DNA of 39,252 bases from positions 1 through 39,252 of IMG/VR virus record IMGVR_UViG_3300032277_000024. One strand, given 5' to 3'. The translations under genes and the position numbers were made by a program. Shown in pieces: positions 1-9,370 of this stretch. Source of the stretch: a virus. Taxonomy: Duplodnaviria > Caudoviricetes. The notes under the pieces are model-generated. The model saw only the letters and a program-made list of their open reading frames with translations. It did no database searches and had not been told where the DNA came from. Within the stretch, counting starts at the first letter, position 1, and every line of letters begins with the position of its first letter.

Positions 1-1
1 C

Positions 2-763
2 AGTAGCTACTTCCCAGAGTGGAAGCCAGATGAAGTACTACAGCTAGATGAACAAGAGATACGTTCAAGCAATGGCAGCAGGTATTGGGATGCACTATAT
101 ATGCAGAACCCATCGCCAGACGAAGGCGGTATCATTAAGAAGAAGTGGTTCCAGTGGTGGGAGTATGAAGACCCACCGCAATGTGAGTTTATTATCCAGA
201 CATATGATACTGCCTTCTCCACCAAGAAAACTGCTGACTACAGTGTTATTCAGACGTGGGGCATCTTCCACCAGGGAGAAAGGGATGAGTATGGCAACGA
301 ATACGTAGTGCCTAACTTAATATTACTGGGTAATGTAAAGGAAAGGTTTGAGTACCCTGACCTAAGACGTACAGCGCAGCACCTATACCAGAAGCACCGA
401 CCTGACGTATGTATTATTGAGAAGAAGGCTTCGGGTCAATCGCTGTTGCAGGACATGCGTCTTGCTGGACTGCCAGTGCTGGACTATCTGCCCGATAGGG
501 ACAAGGTGTCTCGTGTCTATGCTGCAACGCCTTTAATGGAATCAGGTCGTGTCTACATTCCGAAGGGTAAGGAGTGGGCAAAGGACTTATACGATGAATC
601 ACTAGCCTTTCCCAACGGCGCACACGATGACCAAGTAGACGCAATGACTATGGCTATCCACTATATGCGGGACAGCTGGCATGTGTCTCACAACGAAGAC
701 CCTAATTGGGAAGATGATTATAACCCAAGACGAACAAAGAGGGTTGGATATTGGCGTACTTAA
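2..763 (+). CDS. terL: Terminase large subunit, C-terminal RNase H-like nuclease domain (5'-truncated by window edge)
   Basis: Frame is open from base 2 (SSYFPEWKP...WDALYMQNP). Motifs YDTAF..K..ADYSV, IIEKKASGQSL and FPNGAHDDQVDA are typical of Terminase_6C; gene lies just upstream of the portal. Confidence 0.93.
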   Translation, partial: SSYFPEWKPDEVLQLDEQEIRSSNGSRYWDALYMQNPSPDEGGIIKKKWFQWWEYEDPPQCEFIIQTYDTAFSTKKTADYSVIQTWGIFHQGERDEYGNEYVVPNLILLGNVKERFEYPDLRRTAQHLYQKHRPDVCIIEKKASGQSLLQDMRLAGLPVLDYLPDRDKVSRVYAATPLMESGRVYIPKGKEWAKDLYDESLAFPNGAHDDQVDAMTMAIHYMRDSWHVSHNEDPNWEDDYNPRRTKRVGYWRT

Positions 764-772
764 GTGTATAAT
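744..772 (+). promoter_or_regulatory. sigma70-type promoter TTGGAT-17-TATAAT
   Basis: TTGGAT at 744-749, 17-nt spacer, TATAAT at 767-772, upstream of ORF 806 (AAGGA SD). Confidence 0.6.
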
Positions 773-805
773 ATAGGCAACAGTAATTAATCAAGGATAT
801 TCAAC

Positions 806-1162
806 ATGGCTAAAAAAGAATCCATTTACGGACCTGGTGATAAAACAGAGATTCCAAAAGCTGCAGCAGCTAAAAGAAGTTTATTTGGAGACGCAGGGTA
901 TCTTAAAGAAGCAATTAAAGAAATAGTAGAAGGACGTTTTGGAGGTTCACAGGGTACTTTTACTGGAAAAATGCCAACGGCAGGCGCTGCAGCAAAAGCA
1001 CTTACAGTAACTGAGGCTAAGAAAAAACAAAACGCAGGTGTCCCACAGGGAATGAAATTAAAAAAAGGTGGCAAGGTTTCTAAAAAGAAAACTAAAAAGC
1101 CACGTGGTGTCGGCGTTGCTCAACGTGGATATGGTAAAGCTCTTACAGGAAAGAAAAAGTAA
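806..1162 (+). CDS. Small Lys-rich basic protein (putative capsid-internal/DNA-binding)
   Basis: 118 aa with SD. Contains LKKGGKV and PRGVGVAQRGYGKA, the latter motif shared with 8619..8996. Confidence 0.7.
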   Translation: MAKKESIYGPGDKTEIPKAAAAKRSLFGDAGYLKEAIKEIVEGRFGGSQGTFTGKMPTAGAAAKALTVTEAKKKQNAGVPQGMKLKKGGKVSKKKTKKPRGVGVAQRGYGKALTGKKK

Positions 1163-3694
1163 ATGGCAACTGAACGTAACCCATACGAAATGAATAACGA
1201 CAGGTCTGCACCGAAGCTTGAGCTTGAGATGGATGATGTCTCTACTGCTGATGCTAACATTACCATTGACCCAGAGACAGGTGAAATTGAAGTAGACCTT
1301 TCAGGCACAGCCAGTGAGCTAGAGCTAGAGGTTGAAGCAGGTGACTCAGGTTTTTACGATAACCTTGTAGACATCCTTGACGAAGATAAACTAGATGAAA
1401 TTGGCGCAACTGTTATTGATAAGTTTGAAGCTGATAAAGATTCTCGTGATGAGTGGGAATCAATGTTTGAACGTGGCTTCGACCTACTTGGTCTTAAGCT
1501 TGAAGATACGACAGAGCCGTTTGAGGGAGCAGCCACAGCAGTACACCCACTGTTGATTGAGTCTGCAGTTAAGTTCCAATCCAAAGCCTCTACTGAATTA
1601 TTCCCTGCTAAAGGGCCAGTAAAGGCGCAGGTACTTGGTGACGCAACGATTGAGAAACAACAACAAGCAAACCGTGTACAAAACTTTATGAACTATCAGG
1701 TAACAACACAGATGCCTGAATACTTCGATGAGTTTGAGCGTATGCTTTTCCACCTACCTCTTATTGGTTCAGCTATTAAGAAGGTATATTATGATGCAAG
1801 CCTTGACCGCCCCGTGTCTGAGTTTGTACCTATTGACCAGTTCTATGTGTCTTACTACGCAACAGACCTACGCAGAGCCGATAGATATACACATGTTATT
1901 TATCGCAGCCCTGTAGACATGGCTCGTCAAATGGAAGCAGGCATGTATGCAGATGTTGAGCTACCTAAAGCCAGCATCCCTAATCTATCAGGCATGGCCG
2001 AAAAGATGGACAGTGTTCTTGGTTTGTCTCCTGCATCAGATAATGACCCGCAGTATGTATTGCTGGAACAACATTGTTATCTTGAACTTGAAGAAGATAA
2101 GATGCACAAAGGCAGAGCAGCCTGTCCTTACATTGTAACTGTAGAACAACAGTCAGGACAAGTATTGTCTATTAGACGTAACTGGGCAGAGGACGATGAC
2201 AAGTATGTTAAAAAGATGCACTTCACACATTACAGATACGTTCCTGGTTTTGGCTTTTATGGTCTGGGGCTTATTCATTTCTTGGGCAACCTCACAATGT
2301 CGGCCACTGCAGCTATGCGGAGTCTTCTTGATGCAGGTCAGTTTGCTAACCTTCCTGGTGGCTTCAAAGCTAAAGGAGTTCGCATGGTGGGCGATAACGA
2401 CCCCATTGCGCCTGGTGAGTTTAAAGAAGTAGAAGCAACAGGCATGGACTTGTCTAAGTCTATTATTCCACTACCATTCAAAGAACCATCGGGTACTTTG
2501 TTTGAAATGTTACGTTATGTTACAGGAGCAGGGCAGAAGTTTGCCGACAGCACCGAACAAGTAATTGCAGACAGCGGGGGCTATGGGCCAGTAGGCACAA
2601 CCATGGCACTACTAGAAGCTTCAAGTAAGTTTTTCTCTGCCATTCACAAACGCCTACATAAAGCACAAGGCGATGAATTTAAAATTTTAGCTCGTATTGA
2701 TTACGAGTATCTGGATGAAGAATATCCGTATGACCTTCCAGGAATTTCTGAAAAGATTTTCAAGATGGACTTTGATGGTAAAGTAGACATTGTTCCAGTG
2801 TCTGACCCTAACATTCCATCTAATGCACAACGCATGATGTTGATTCAAATGGTTCAGCAGGTAGCGCAACAATCTCCTCCAGGAATGTTTGACATGGAAG
2901 CTATTAATAGAATGCTTCTTACTACGGCTAATGTTCCTGATGTCGATAAGTTGATGCCAATTAAAGACGAGGCACAACCACAAGACCCTATGAGTGATGT
3001 GAAGTCTGTATCAGAAAACAAACCTATTAAAGCATTCCCAGGTCAAAACCACGATGCACATATTCAATTTAAAACATTATTTGTAAATGACCCATCTAAT
3101 GCTAAGAATCCTATGATGCCCAAAATTGTTCCTGCTTTGCAGGCTAACATTGCAGAACATTCTCTTATGAAATATGAAGAAGAACTGCAGGGTATGATGC
3201 AACAGGCACAGCAAACAATTATGCAAGACCCAATGTTAGCACAACAAGTACAACAAGAGCTTGCCAATGTTCCTGACCCAGAAGCAATGATACAGTTACA
3301 AGCTGCACAACAGCTACAGCAACTACACCAACAAGTTATGCAACAGGGTCCAATGTCTCCTGAACAACAAATGGTTCAGATGGAAGGACAACGTATTCAA
3401 GTTGAAGCAGAAAAAAATCAAGCACAAATGGCTAAAGCACAAGTTGATGCACAACTTAAATCTCGTGACCTTGACCTTAAAGAACAGAAAATCTTTATTG
3501 ATGCACAGGAAGCAGGTGTCGAAGCTCAGATGTCTGCTATGCAGAAGGACGAGGACCGAAGCAACAAACGTGCCATTGAAGCAATGAAATTGTTAGGTGA
3601 CTTGCTGAAAGCTCAAGATGCAAACGAGCTTGAAGAATCAAAAGCCACTGCAAATCTTTTGATGGACTTATTAAAAACAGGTAGCGCTACTTAA
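1163..3694 (+). CDS. Portal protein with long Gln/Met-rich helical C-terminal extension
   Basis: 843 aa after terL. Motifs EPFEGA..VHPLL.E, GSAIKKVYYD, PGFGFYGLGLIH, LLDAG..ANLPGGFK and PVGTTMALLE match P22-like podophage portals. Confidence 0.9.
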   Translation: MATERNPYEMNNDRSAPKLELEMDDVSTADANITIDPETGEIEVDLSGTASELELEVEAGDSGFYDNLVDILDEDKLDEIGATVIDKFEADKDSRDEWESMFERGFDLLGLKLEDTTEPFEGAATAVHPLLIESAVKFQSKASTELFPAKGPVKAQVLGDATIEKQQQANRVQNFMNYQVTTQMPEYFDEFERMLFHLPLIGSAIKKVYYDASLDRPVSEFVPIDQFYVSYYATDLRRADRYTHVIYRSPVDMARQMEAGMYADVELPKASIPNLSGMAEKMDSVLGLSPASDNDPQYVLLEQHCYLELEEDKMHKGRAACPYIVTVEQQSGQVLSIRRNWAEDDDKYVKKMHFTHYRYVPGFGFYGLGLIHFLGNLTMSATAAMRSLLDAGQFANLPGGFKAKGVRMVGDNDPIAPGEFKEVEATGMDLSKSIIPLPFKEPSGTLFEMLRYVTGAGQKFADSTEQVIADSGGYGPVGTTMALLEASSKFFSAIHKRLHKAQGDEFKILARIDYEYLDEEYPYDLPGISEKIFKMDFDGKVDIVPVSDPNIPSNAQRMMLIQMVQQVAQQSPPGMFDMEAINRMLLTTANVPDVDKLMPIKDEAQPQDPMSDVKSVSENKPIKAFPGQNHDAHIQFKTLFVNDPSNAKNPMMPKIVPALQANIAEHSLMKYEEELQGMMQQAQQTIMQDPMLAQQVQQELANVPDPEAMIQLQAAQQLQQLHQQVMQQGPMSPEQQMVQMEGQRIQVEAEKNQAQMAKAQVDAQLKSRDLDLKEQKIFIDAQEAGVEAQMSAMQKDEDRSNKRAIEAMKLLGDLLKAQDANELEESKATANLLMDLLKTGSAT

Positions 3695-3876
3695 TGCTTT
3701 ATGAAGAATTAGTTAAAGAACTACAAAAAGAAATAGAAGGAATAAAAAATTCGCTTGCGTACGGAACCGCTTCGGATTATGCTAGTTATCGTGAGACAGT
3801 TGGAACGATAGCAGGGATTGAGAAATCAATAGGTCTTATTAAAGACTATCTCAACAAGTATATAGAAGAGGACTAA
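3694..3876 (+). CDS. Small hypothetical protein between portal and GroES
   Basis: 60 aa, TAATG coupling to portal, DYASYRETVG.IAG motif. Confidence 0.7.
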   Translation: MLYEELVKELQKEIEGIKNSLAYGTASDYASYRETVGTIAGIEKSIGLIKDYLNKYIEED

Positions 3877-3878
3877 AA

Positions 3879-4283
3879 ATGCAAGCAGCACCCAGTTCAC
3901 TAAAGAACGATGAATGGATTACAAATGAAGAAGTTGCTGACCCGAAAGTATTACCAGAGATTCCAGGATACCACATTCTTGTGCGTCCTGTCTCTGTTAA
4001 ACAAACAACCAAGGGCGGTATTCTTCTTCCTGACTCAACCAAACAGGACATGGCTTATCTTACAACAGTGGGCCGTGTAGTAAAAGTAGGTAACCTAGCT
4101 TACAAGGACGACAAGTTCGATGGTAAAGCTTGGTGCAAGGAGGGGGACTATGTGTGCTACGGCAAGCATACAGGCGATAAGTTTTTGTATAAAGGTATCC
4201 AGTTCTTACTTATCTTTGACGATGCTATTAAAATGGTAGTTGAAAATGCAAAAGACTTAGACCCTACATTTAACTTAGGTTAA
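3879..4283 (+). CDS. groES: Phage co-chaperonin GroES (Cpn10)
   Basis: PGYHILVRP, TKGGILLPDS mobile loop, GRVVKVG, KEGDYV.YGKHTG, LLIFDDAI; GAGG SD. Confidence 0.9.
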   Translation: MQAAPSSLKNDEWITNEEVADPKVLPEIPGYHILVRPVSVKQTTKGGILLPDSTKQDMAYLTTVGRVVKVGNLAYKDDKFDGKAWCKEGDYVCYGKHTGDKFLYKGIQFLLIFDDAIKMVVENAKDLDPTFNLG

Positions 4284-4302
4284 ATAATTTTATGTGTTGC
4301 TA

Positions 4303-4331
4303 TTGTGACACAACAATTTATACTATATAAT
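4303..4331 (+). promoter_or_regulatory. sigma70-type promoter TTGTGA-17-TATAAT (overlapping alternative TTGCTA-18-TACTAT at 4297-4326)
   Basis: Lies in the AT-rich intergenic gap upstream of the scaffold/capsid genes. Confidence 0.6.
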
Positions 4332-4391
4332 ATATCACATAACAGCGTTACTCGTCTTATTCGCTGTGGACGTTAAACAAGGAGAATATAA

Positions 4392-5441
4392 ATGGCAGAG
4401 ACTGAATGGTCTACTATTACACCTAATAAAGGTGACCCCCAAGAAAAAGTTGAATTTGAGATTGAAGGTGAAGAAGAAGTTGTTGAAGCAGCAGCCCCTG
4501 AACCCGAAGCTAAAGTAGAAGTTGTAGAAGAAACAGAACAACCAGAAGTTGAGGTTGAAGAAGTCGAGCAACAGGCTACTGATGAAATTGTAGAAGAAGC
4601 TAAGACAGAAGAAGAAGTACCAGAAGAAAAAGGTATTGAAACATCTGGCGCTCAGAAAAGAATTAGACAGCTTGTCGGTCAAAAAAAAGAACGTGAAGCT
4701 GAGATTGAAAAACTTCTTGAGCAGAACAAGCAAATGCAGCTTGAGCTTCAACAACAGAAAAAAGAATACCTTGATGCAGTAGGAACAAATCTTCAAAGTT
4801 CTGAAGCCCAAGTCAATGAGAAGCTTGCTATTGCTAGAGACTCTTACAAAAGAGCAATTGATAGCGGTGACTCAGATATTATTTTACAGGCACAAGAGTA
4901 TTTAAATAATGCACAGCAAGACATTGTTCGTCTTGCAGAAGCTAAAAGACAATACGAGGCATACGTACCGCAGGTCCAAGAAGAACCTGTAGAACAACAG
5001 TCAACAGGCGAAACCTACAATGGATATGGACTTAAAGCATATCAGTGGGCCGCTAGTAATGACTGGTTTAACCAAGACCAAATTCTTACAAATGCTGCAT
5101 TGGTTCTTGATGCGCAACTTAAGGAAGAAGGTTTTGACCCAGAAGAAGATGATTTTTATTTGGAGATTGATAAGCGACTAGCCGAAAATTTCCCACAAAA
5201 GTTTGGCAATACCCAAGAGGTTGCTGCCGAAAAACCCCGTACGAAGGCTACGTCACAGCCTTCTCAAGTAGTAGCTGGAGCTTCGCACACTGCAGCATCC
5301 CCGTCTAATAAGAAAGTTAAACTCTCGCAAGAAGACGTACGACTCGCACAAAAATGGGGAATTACACTTGAACAGTATGCTGCCGAAAAGCTGAAAGTAG
5401 AATCAGCTGGTGAAGGCGAATATACAACAATCAACCGATAG
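4392..5441 (+). CDS. Putative capsid scaffolding protein
   Basis: 349 aa; very acidic N-terminus, coiled coil (AQKRIRQL), C-terminal KVKLSQEDVRLAQKWGITLEQYA; between portal and capsid; AAGGAG SD. Confidence 0.75.
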   Translation: MAETEWSTITPNKGDPQEKVEFEIEGEEEVVEAAAPEPEAKVEVVEETEQPEVEVEEVEQQATDEIVEEAKTEEEVPEEKGIETSGAQKRIRQLVGQKKEREAEIEKLLEQNKQMQLELQQQKKEYLDAVGTNLQSSEAQVNEKLAIARDSYKRAIDSGDSDIILQAQEYLNNAQQDIVRLAEAKRQYEAYVPQVQEEPVEQQSTGETYNGYGLKAYQWAASNDWFNQDQILTNAALVLDAQLKEEGFDPEEDDFYLEIDKRLAENFPQKFGNTQEVAAEKPRTKATSQPSQVVAGASHTAASPSNKKVKLSQEDVRLAQKWGITLEQYAAEKLKVESAGEGEYTTINR

Positions 5442-5463
5442 CTGCGAAAGGATACATATACTT

Positions 5464-5949
5464 ATGGCACGAAATACAACACGTGAAACCCAGAGTCGTG
5501 AACTGGATACAAGAGAAAACGATGACGTTTATGTCGAACCAAGCCTTTTAGATATTCCAAACTTTGTTACAGAAAGATTTAGTGACCAAGGAATGAAACT
5601 ACGTTGGATACGCATCTCCCTTAAAGGCAAGGATGATTACACAAATGTCGGGAAAAGACTGGCCGAAGGCTGGGAGTTTGTTTCTCTGGACGAAGTACCT
5701 GAATTAGGACATACATCAATGGTTAAAGAAGATGGTCGTTATTCTGGTACTGTTTGCCGTGGGGACTTGGCCCTTGCCAAAATGCCCACAAGACGTGCAG
5801 AATCACGGCAACGTCACTTTGAAAACGCATCTGCAGAAATGGTTGAGGCAGTTAACTCTCAACTTGAGAATGCTTCAGACCGCAAGATGCCTGTAAGAAA
5901 TCAAAGTAAATCAAACGTAACCAAAGGTCGCACACCATCTTTTGATTAG
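5464..5949 (+). CDS. Conserved head-module hypothetical protein
   Basis: LRWIR...NV.KRL.EGWEFV...GDLALAKMP motif. Start moved to ATG 5464 (AAGGA SD, no overlap with scaffold). Confidence 0.7.
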   Translation: MARNTTRETQSRELDTRENDDVYVEPSLLDIPNFVTERFSDQGMKLRWIRISLKGKDDYTNVGKRLAEGWEFVSLDEVPELGHTSMVKEDGRYSGTVCRGDLALAKMPTRRAESRQRHFENASAEMVEAVNSQLENASDRKMPVRNQSKSNVTKGRTPSFD

Positions 5950-6013
5950 AAATTAATTAAATAAAAACTGCAGCCTTGGTACACATTTTTCACAACTTAA
6001 GGAGACTTATAAT

Positions 6014-6604
6014 ATGACTACTAAGCAAATTACTGGTTTGACTCCTTCTCGTGTTCGTGGTAACTCGCCTCAAAGCTCTGGTGCAACTTCGTATCCAATC
6101 GCTTCAGGCGCAACTGCAATGTACACAGGTACTCCTGTGCGCTTGTCAGGTGGTTCACTTGTTCCACTTGTTACCTCTACTGAAATGCCAATCGGTATTT
6201 TCCAAGGCTGCAGCTATGTAGCTGACGGGGAGCAGTACTTTAAATCTTATTATTCTGGCGTATCAGCAACTGATGCTGTCGGATTCGTAAATGACGACAC
6301 AAGCCAAACATATATCATTAGCTCAGACACTACTGTTGCTGCTGGTATCGTTGGCAAAAACGTAGCCGCATCAAACATTGCTGCTGGTTCTACGTTTACT
6401 GGTCGTTCAACAATCACCGCCTTGACTACTGCAGGTAGCGTGGGTACATCGGCTGCTGGCCTGTTCCGTGTTGTCGGTATTGTAGACGAACCTGGCAATG
6501 CTGTTGGTGACCCATACACTCGTATGGAAGTTCAACTGAACGCTACTAACCAACAGAACTTCATTAACGTACTGGTTTCAACACCTGTTACGGTAACCAA
6601 CTAA
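6014..6604 (+). CDS. Putative capsid decoration/minor capsid protein
   Basis: 196 aa, small-residue rich, GIFQGCSY and GSTFTGRS motifs, directly upstream of MCP, AAGGAG SD. Confidence 0.65.
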   Translation: MTTKQITGLTPSRVRGNSPQSSGATSYPIASGATAMYTGTPVRLSGGSLVPLVTSTEMPIGIFQGCSYVADGEQYFKSYYSGVSATDAVGFVNDDTSQTYIISSDTTVAAGIVGKNVAASNIAAGSTFTGRSTITALTTAGSVGTSAAGLFRVVGIVDEPGNAVGDPYTRMEVQLNATNQQNFINVLVSTPVTVTN

Positions 6605-6619
6605 GGGAGATAATTAAAA

Positions 6620-7546
6620 ATGGCTATTAATAGAGGAAGTATTTCCAAAGAGCTTCTCCCAGGTCTTAACGCTGTATTCGGCGTTGAGTATGGAGAAGTA
6701 TCTGACGAACATGCACCGTTGTTTGACGTTGAAAACTCAGACCGTGCATTTGAAGAAGAAGTTCTTTTCACTGGCTTCGGCACTGCACCTGTTAAAGGTG
6801 AAGGCGCTGCTGTGTCTTATGATGACGCTCAAGAAAGCTACACTGCTCGTTACACACACGAGACTGTTGCTCTTGGCTTTGCCATCACAGAAGAAGCTAT
6901 GGAAGACAATCTGTATGACACATTTGCTAAACTACGTGCCAAAGGTCTGGCCCGTGCAATGGCAAACACCAAACAGGTAAAAGCTGCTGACGTTTTCAAT
7001 AACGGCTTTAACGCTTCTTACGCTGGTGGTGACGGTGACCCGTTGTTCTCTGCATCACACGCTACGATTGGCGATGGCGACCAAAGCAACCTGCTTTCTG
7101 CTGCCGACCTTTCGGAAGCCTCACTGGAAACTGCATTGATTGCAATTTCTAAAACAAAAGATGACCGTGGTATCCTGATTGGTGCGCAAGCCGAAAGCCT
7201 GCACATTCCATCAGACCTCGCATTCACTGCAGACCAGATTCTGAACTCTGCTTTGTCCACCACAATCGTTTCTGATTCAGGTGTAACAAACGTGAATGAC
7301 ATCAACAGCATCCGTAACCAAGGTCTAGTACCTGGTGGCTTCTATGTAAACCGCCGCTTCACCGATACGAATGCTTTCTTCATCAAGACTGATTGCCCGA
7401 ATGGTGCGAAAATGTTCGTACGTTCACCGCTTCAGACTAAGATGGAACCAGACTTCGACACTGGTAACCTTCGCTTTAAAGCTCGTGAGCGTTATAGCTT
7501 TGGTTGGTCAGACTGGAGAGGTTTCTATGGTAACGCTGGTGCATAA
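6620..7546 (+). CDS. Major capsid protein (HK97 fold)
   Basis: MAINR..ISKELLPGLNAVFG.EY, SDRAFEEEV, ITEEAMEDNLY and DFDTGNLRFKARERYSFGWSDWRG; strong codon bias; followed by a terminator. Confidence 0.92.
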   Translation: MAINRGSISKELLPGLNAVFGVEYGEVSDEHAPLFDVENSDRAFEEEVLFTGFGTAPVKGEGAAVSYDDAQESYTARYTHETVALGFAITEEAMEDNLYDTFAKLRAKGLARAMANTKQVKAADVFNNGFNASYAGGDGDPLFSASHATIGDGDQSNLLSAADLSEASLETALIAISKTKDDRGILIGAQAESLHIPSDLAFTADQILNSALSTTIVSDSGVTNVNDINSIRNQGLVPGGFYVNRRFTDTNAFFIKTDCPNGAKMFVRSPLQTKMEPDFDTGNLRFKARERYSFGWSDWRGFYGNAGA

Positions 7547-7575
7547 GCATTAGTTTAGCTATAGACTAAAAATAG

Positions 7576-7609
7576 AAGGGCGTGGGAGTTGTATCCTGCG
7601 CCCTTTTTT
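7576..7609 (+). terminator. Rho-independent terminator after MCP
   Basis: AAGGGCGTGGGA-gttgta-TCCTGCGCCCTT stem (12 bp including two G-U) running into the T6 tract at 7604-7609. Confidence 0.85.
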
Positions 7610-7617
7610 AGTATAAT
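7589..7617 (+). promoter_or_regulatory. sigma70-type promoter TTGTAT-17-TATAAT nested in the terminator
   Basis: TTGTAT at 7589-7594, TATAAT at 7612-7617; AGGAG SD and ATG 7654 downstream. Confidence 0.6.
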
Positions 7618-7653
7618 ATAGCTATTATAGTTTTTTACATAGGAGCAAACAAC

Positions 7654-7971
7654 ATGTCGGCAAATCTTAGAGTAGCATACGTTACCTGCAATACTACGCT
7701 AGTCAATACAGCAGTAGACACTGTAAGCGGCGTTACGCTAACCGATACTAGAATTAGAGGAGTACATGCACAGGGTGTAGGTGAGTTTATTATCACTGGA
7801 ACATCTGTAGATGCTTTTGGAAACTCTAATGGTGGTATTATTAAATTCACAAACACAACTAATTCAGATGTAACGGAAGCATACCTTACAGACACGGGTG
7901 TTCGTATGGGTGGTCCTGTAGTTGTCCAGTGTCCTACAACTGCATCAACGGTAACAATTTATTATGGCTAA
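7654..7971 (+). CDS. Hypothetical protein, probably virion-associated (beta-rich)
   Basis: 105 aa, AGGAG SD, Thr/Val-rich, ends VTIYYG, follows MCP. Confidence 0.65.
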   Translation: MSANLRVAYVTCNTTLVNTAVDTVSGVTLTDTRIRGVHAQGVGEFIITGTSVDAFGNSNGGIIKFTNTTNSDVTEAYLTDTGVRMGGPVVVQCPTTASTVTIYYG

Positions 7972-8617
7972 TTATACATATCTTGTAAATGATATTATAG
8001 GCGCAACTGAGAACGATGGTTCTGAGTTTGTAGCTTATATTCCACAGATGGTTAATCGTGTTGAAGAGCGACTAACTAAAGCTTTGGATGATTATGGCTT
8101 AGTTACTGCTACGTCTATTGCCCTTACATCGGGTACAAATACATTTACTCTTCCTGATAATACACGTATTATTAAAAATATTCACATTAAAGAATCGGGA
8201 AGTAAGATTGGACTACTGCAAAGAACAGATGAATTTATTAACGACTACTGGCCTGTAAGTGCCAGCACAGGAACACCAAAGTACTATGCAAGAAAAACAA
8301 ATACCAACATTGTTTTTGCTCCTACTGCAAGCACTACCTACAGTGGTGAGCTTGTCTATGTCGTTAAGCCATCTGCTTTGACCAGCACCAATCAAAACAA
8401 TTACTACTCAGACTTTTGTTATGATGCCTTGTTTTATGGTTGCATGATTGAAGCAACAAACTTTATGAAGAACTTTAGCGTAACACCAGTTTACGAACAA
8501 CAATATCAAAATGCAGTTGAAGGACTGCGCAACCAATCACGCAGAACACGCCGTGACGACATGGAGATGAATGCTTCTCCTGCTGGCGGTGACAATACAA
8601 TTTCAGGAGGAAACTAA
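7964..8617 (+). CDS. Putative head-tail adaptor / tail tubular protein A-like
   Basis: NYTYLV.DI...TEN, TGTPKYYA, FAPT and DALFYGC..EA..FMK motifs seen in podophage adaptor-like proteins. Confidence 0.65.
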   Translation: MANYTYLVNDIIGATENDGSEFVAYIPQMVNRVEERLTKALDDYGLVTATSIALTSGTNTFTLPDNTRIIKNIHIKESGSKIGLLQRTDEFINDYWPVSASTGTPKYYARKTNTNIVFAPTASTTYSGELVYVVKPSALTSTNQNNYYSDFCYDALFYGCMIEATNFMKNFSVTPVYEQQYQNAVEGLRNQSRRTRRDDMEMNASPAGGDNTISGGN

Positions 8618-8618
8618 A

Positions 8619-8996
8619 ATGGCCGCACCAACAGCAGCTAAACTAATTGCAAACTTTCTTAAAGGCTCCAGAAGGGGAGGTAAAAATTTAGGAAAACTTA
8701 AAGCAGAATTATCTGGAAAGGTTAGAGAAGGGACAGCAACTAAAGTAGAAGTCGAAGCCCTTAAACAACTTAGAGACAAGGACGTTGCAGCTACAATGAC
8801 ACAAAAAGCTGCTTCTGCTAATACACGAGGTAGAAATAAACCTGTATCACTAGCAGGCTCTCCTAGAGTAGGAGGAACCCAAAAGAAGTCTTATGGTGGT
8901 TCTATGAAAAAGAAAACAACTATGAAAAACAAAGGCGGTAAAATTGGCCGTGGATGTGGTGCTGCTCAACGTGGCGGTGGCGCAGTAATGAAATAA
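8619..8996 (+). CDS. Small Lys-rich basic protein
   Basis: Start ATG 8619 with AGGAGG SD; ends KNKGGKIGRGCGAAQRGGGAVMK. Confidence 0.7.
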   Translation: MAAPTAAKLIANFLKGSRRGGKNLGKLKAELSGKVREGTATKVEVEALKQLRDKDVAATMTQKAASANTRGRNKPVSLAGSPRVGGTQKKSYGGSMKKKTTMKNKGGKIGRGCGAAQRGGGAVMK

Positions 8997-9011
8997 TTAA
9001 GGAGAATTAAA

Positions 9012-9233
9012 ATGGTATTAGCATTAGGATTGGTTAAAAAAGCAGCAGATAACTATGAAAAGTCAAGAAAGAAAAAGAAAAAGAAAGCTTACGAAGCAGG
9101 AATGGCTGCTGGTAAAGCACAAGCAAACATAGGTGGTGGCGCAGGTATGTCAGCCGCTCGTAAAGCTGGCGGCAAAGTAGGTTCAAAGAAAAAGGCTAAT
9201 AAGGGTGGCGCTCCGCATAACCGCTTGTACTAA
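9012..9233 (+). CDS. Small Lys-rich basic protein ending APHNRLY
   Basis: 73 aa, AAGGAG SD. Confidence 0.7.
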   Translation: MVLALGLVKKAADNYEKSRKKKKKKAYEAGMAAGKAQANIGGGAGMSAARKAGGKVGSKKKANKGGAPHNRLY

Positions 9234-9370
9234 TGTCTAACGGTAAAGAAACATATTCTTTTTATGAAGGTCTTGCAAAGTTAAAAGGCAAGTCTTTTAA
9301 AGAAGACCTGAAGAAAATGTATAAAGAACAAGGAAGGGCTAAGACAAATGCCAGGAAAAAAAGAACCTAA
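9233..9370 (+). CDS. Small basic protein (45 aa, not in ORF track)
   Basis: Hand translation MSNGKETYSFYEGLAKLKGKSFKEDLKKMYKEQGRAKTNARKKRT; TAATG coupling to the upstream gene. Confidence 0.55.
   Translation: MSNGKETYSFYEGLAKLKGKSFKEDLKKMYKEQGRAKTNARKKRT

Noticed and set aside
4335-4811. Minus-strand Phe-rich 158-aa ORF
   Set aside because: Shadow of the GAA-rich scaffold gene.
6008-6013. TATAAT upstream of gene 6014
   Set aside because: It is the SD-ATG spacer, abuts the start codon and has no -35 box at 17 nt.
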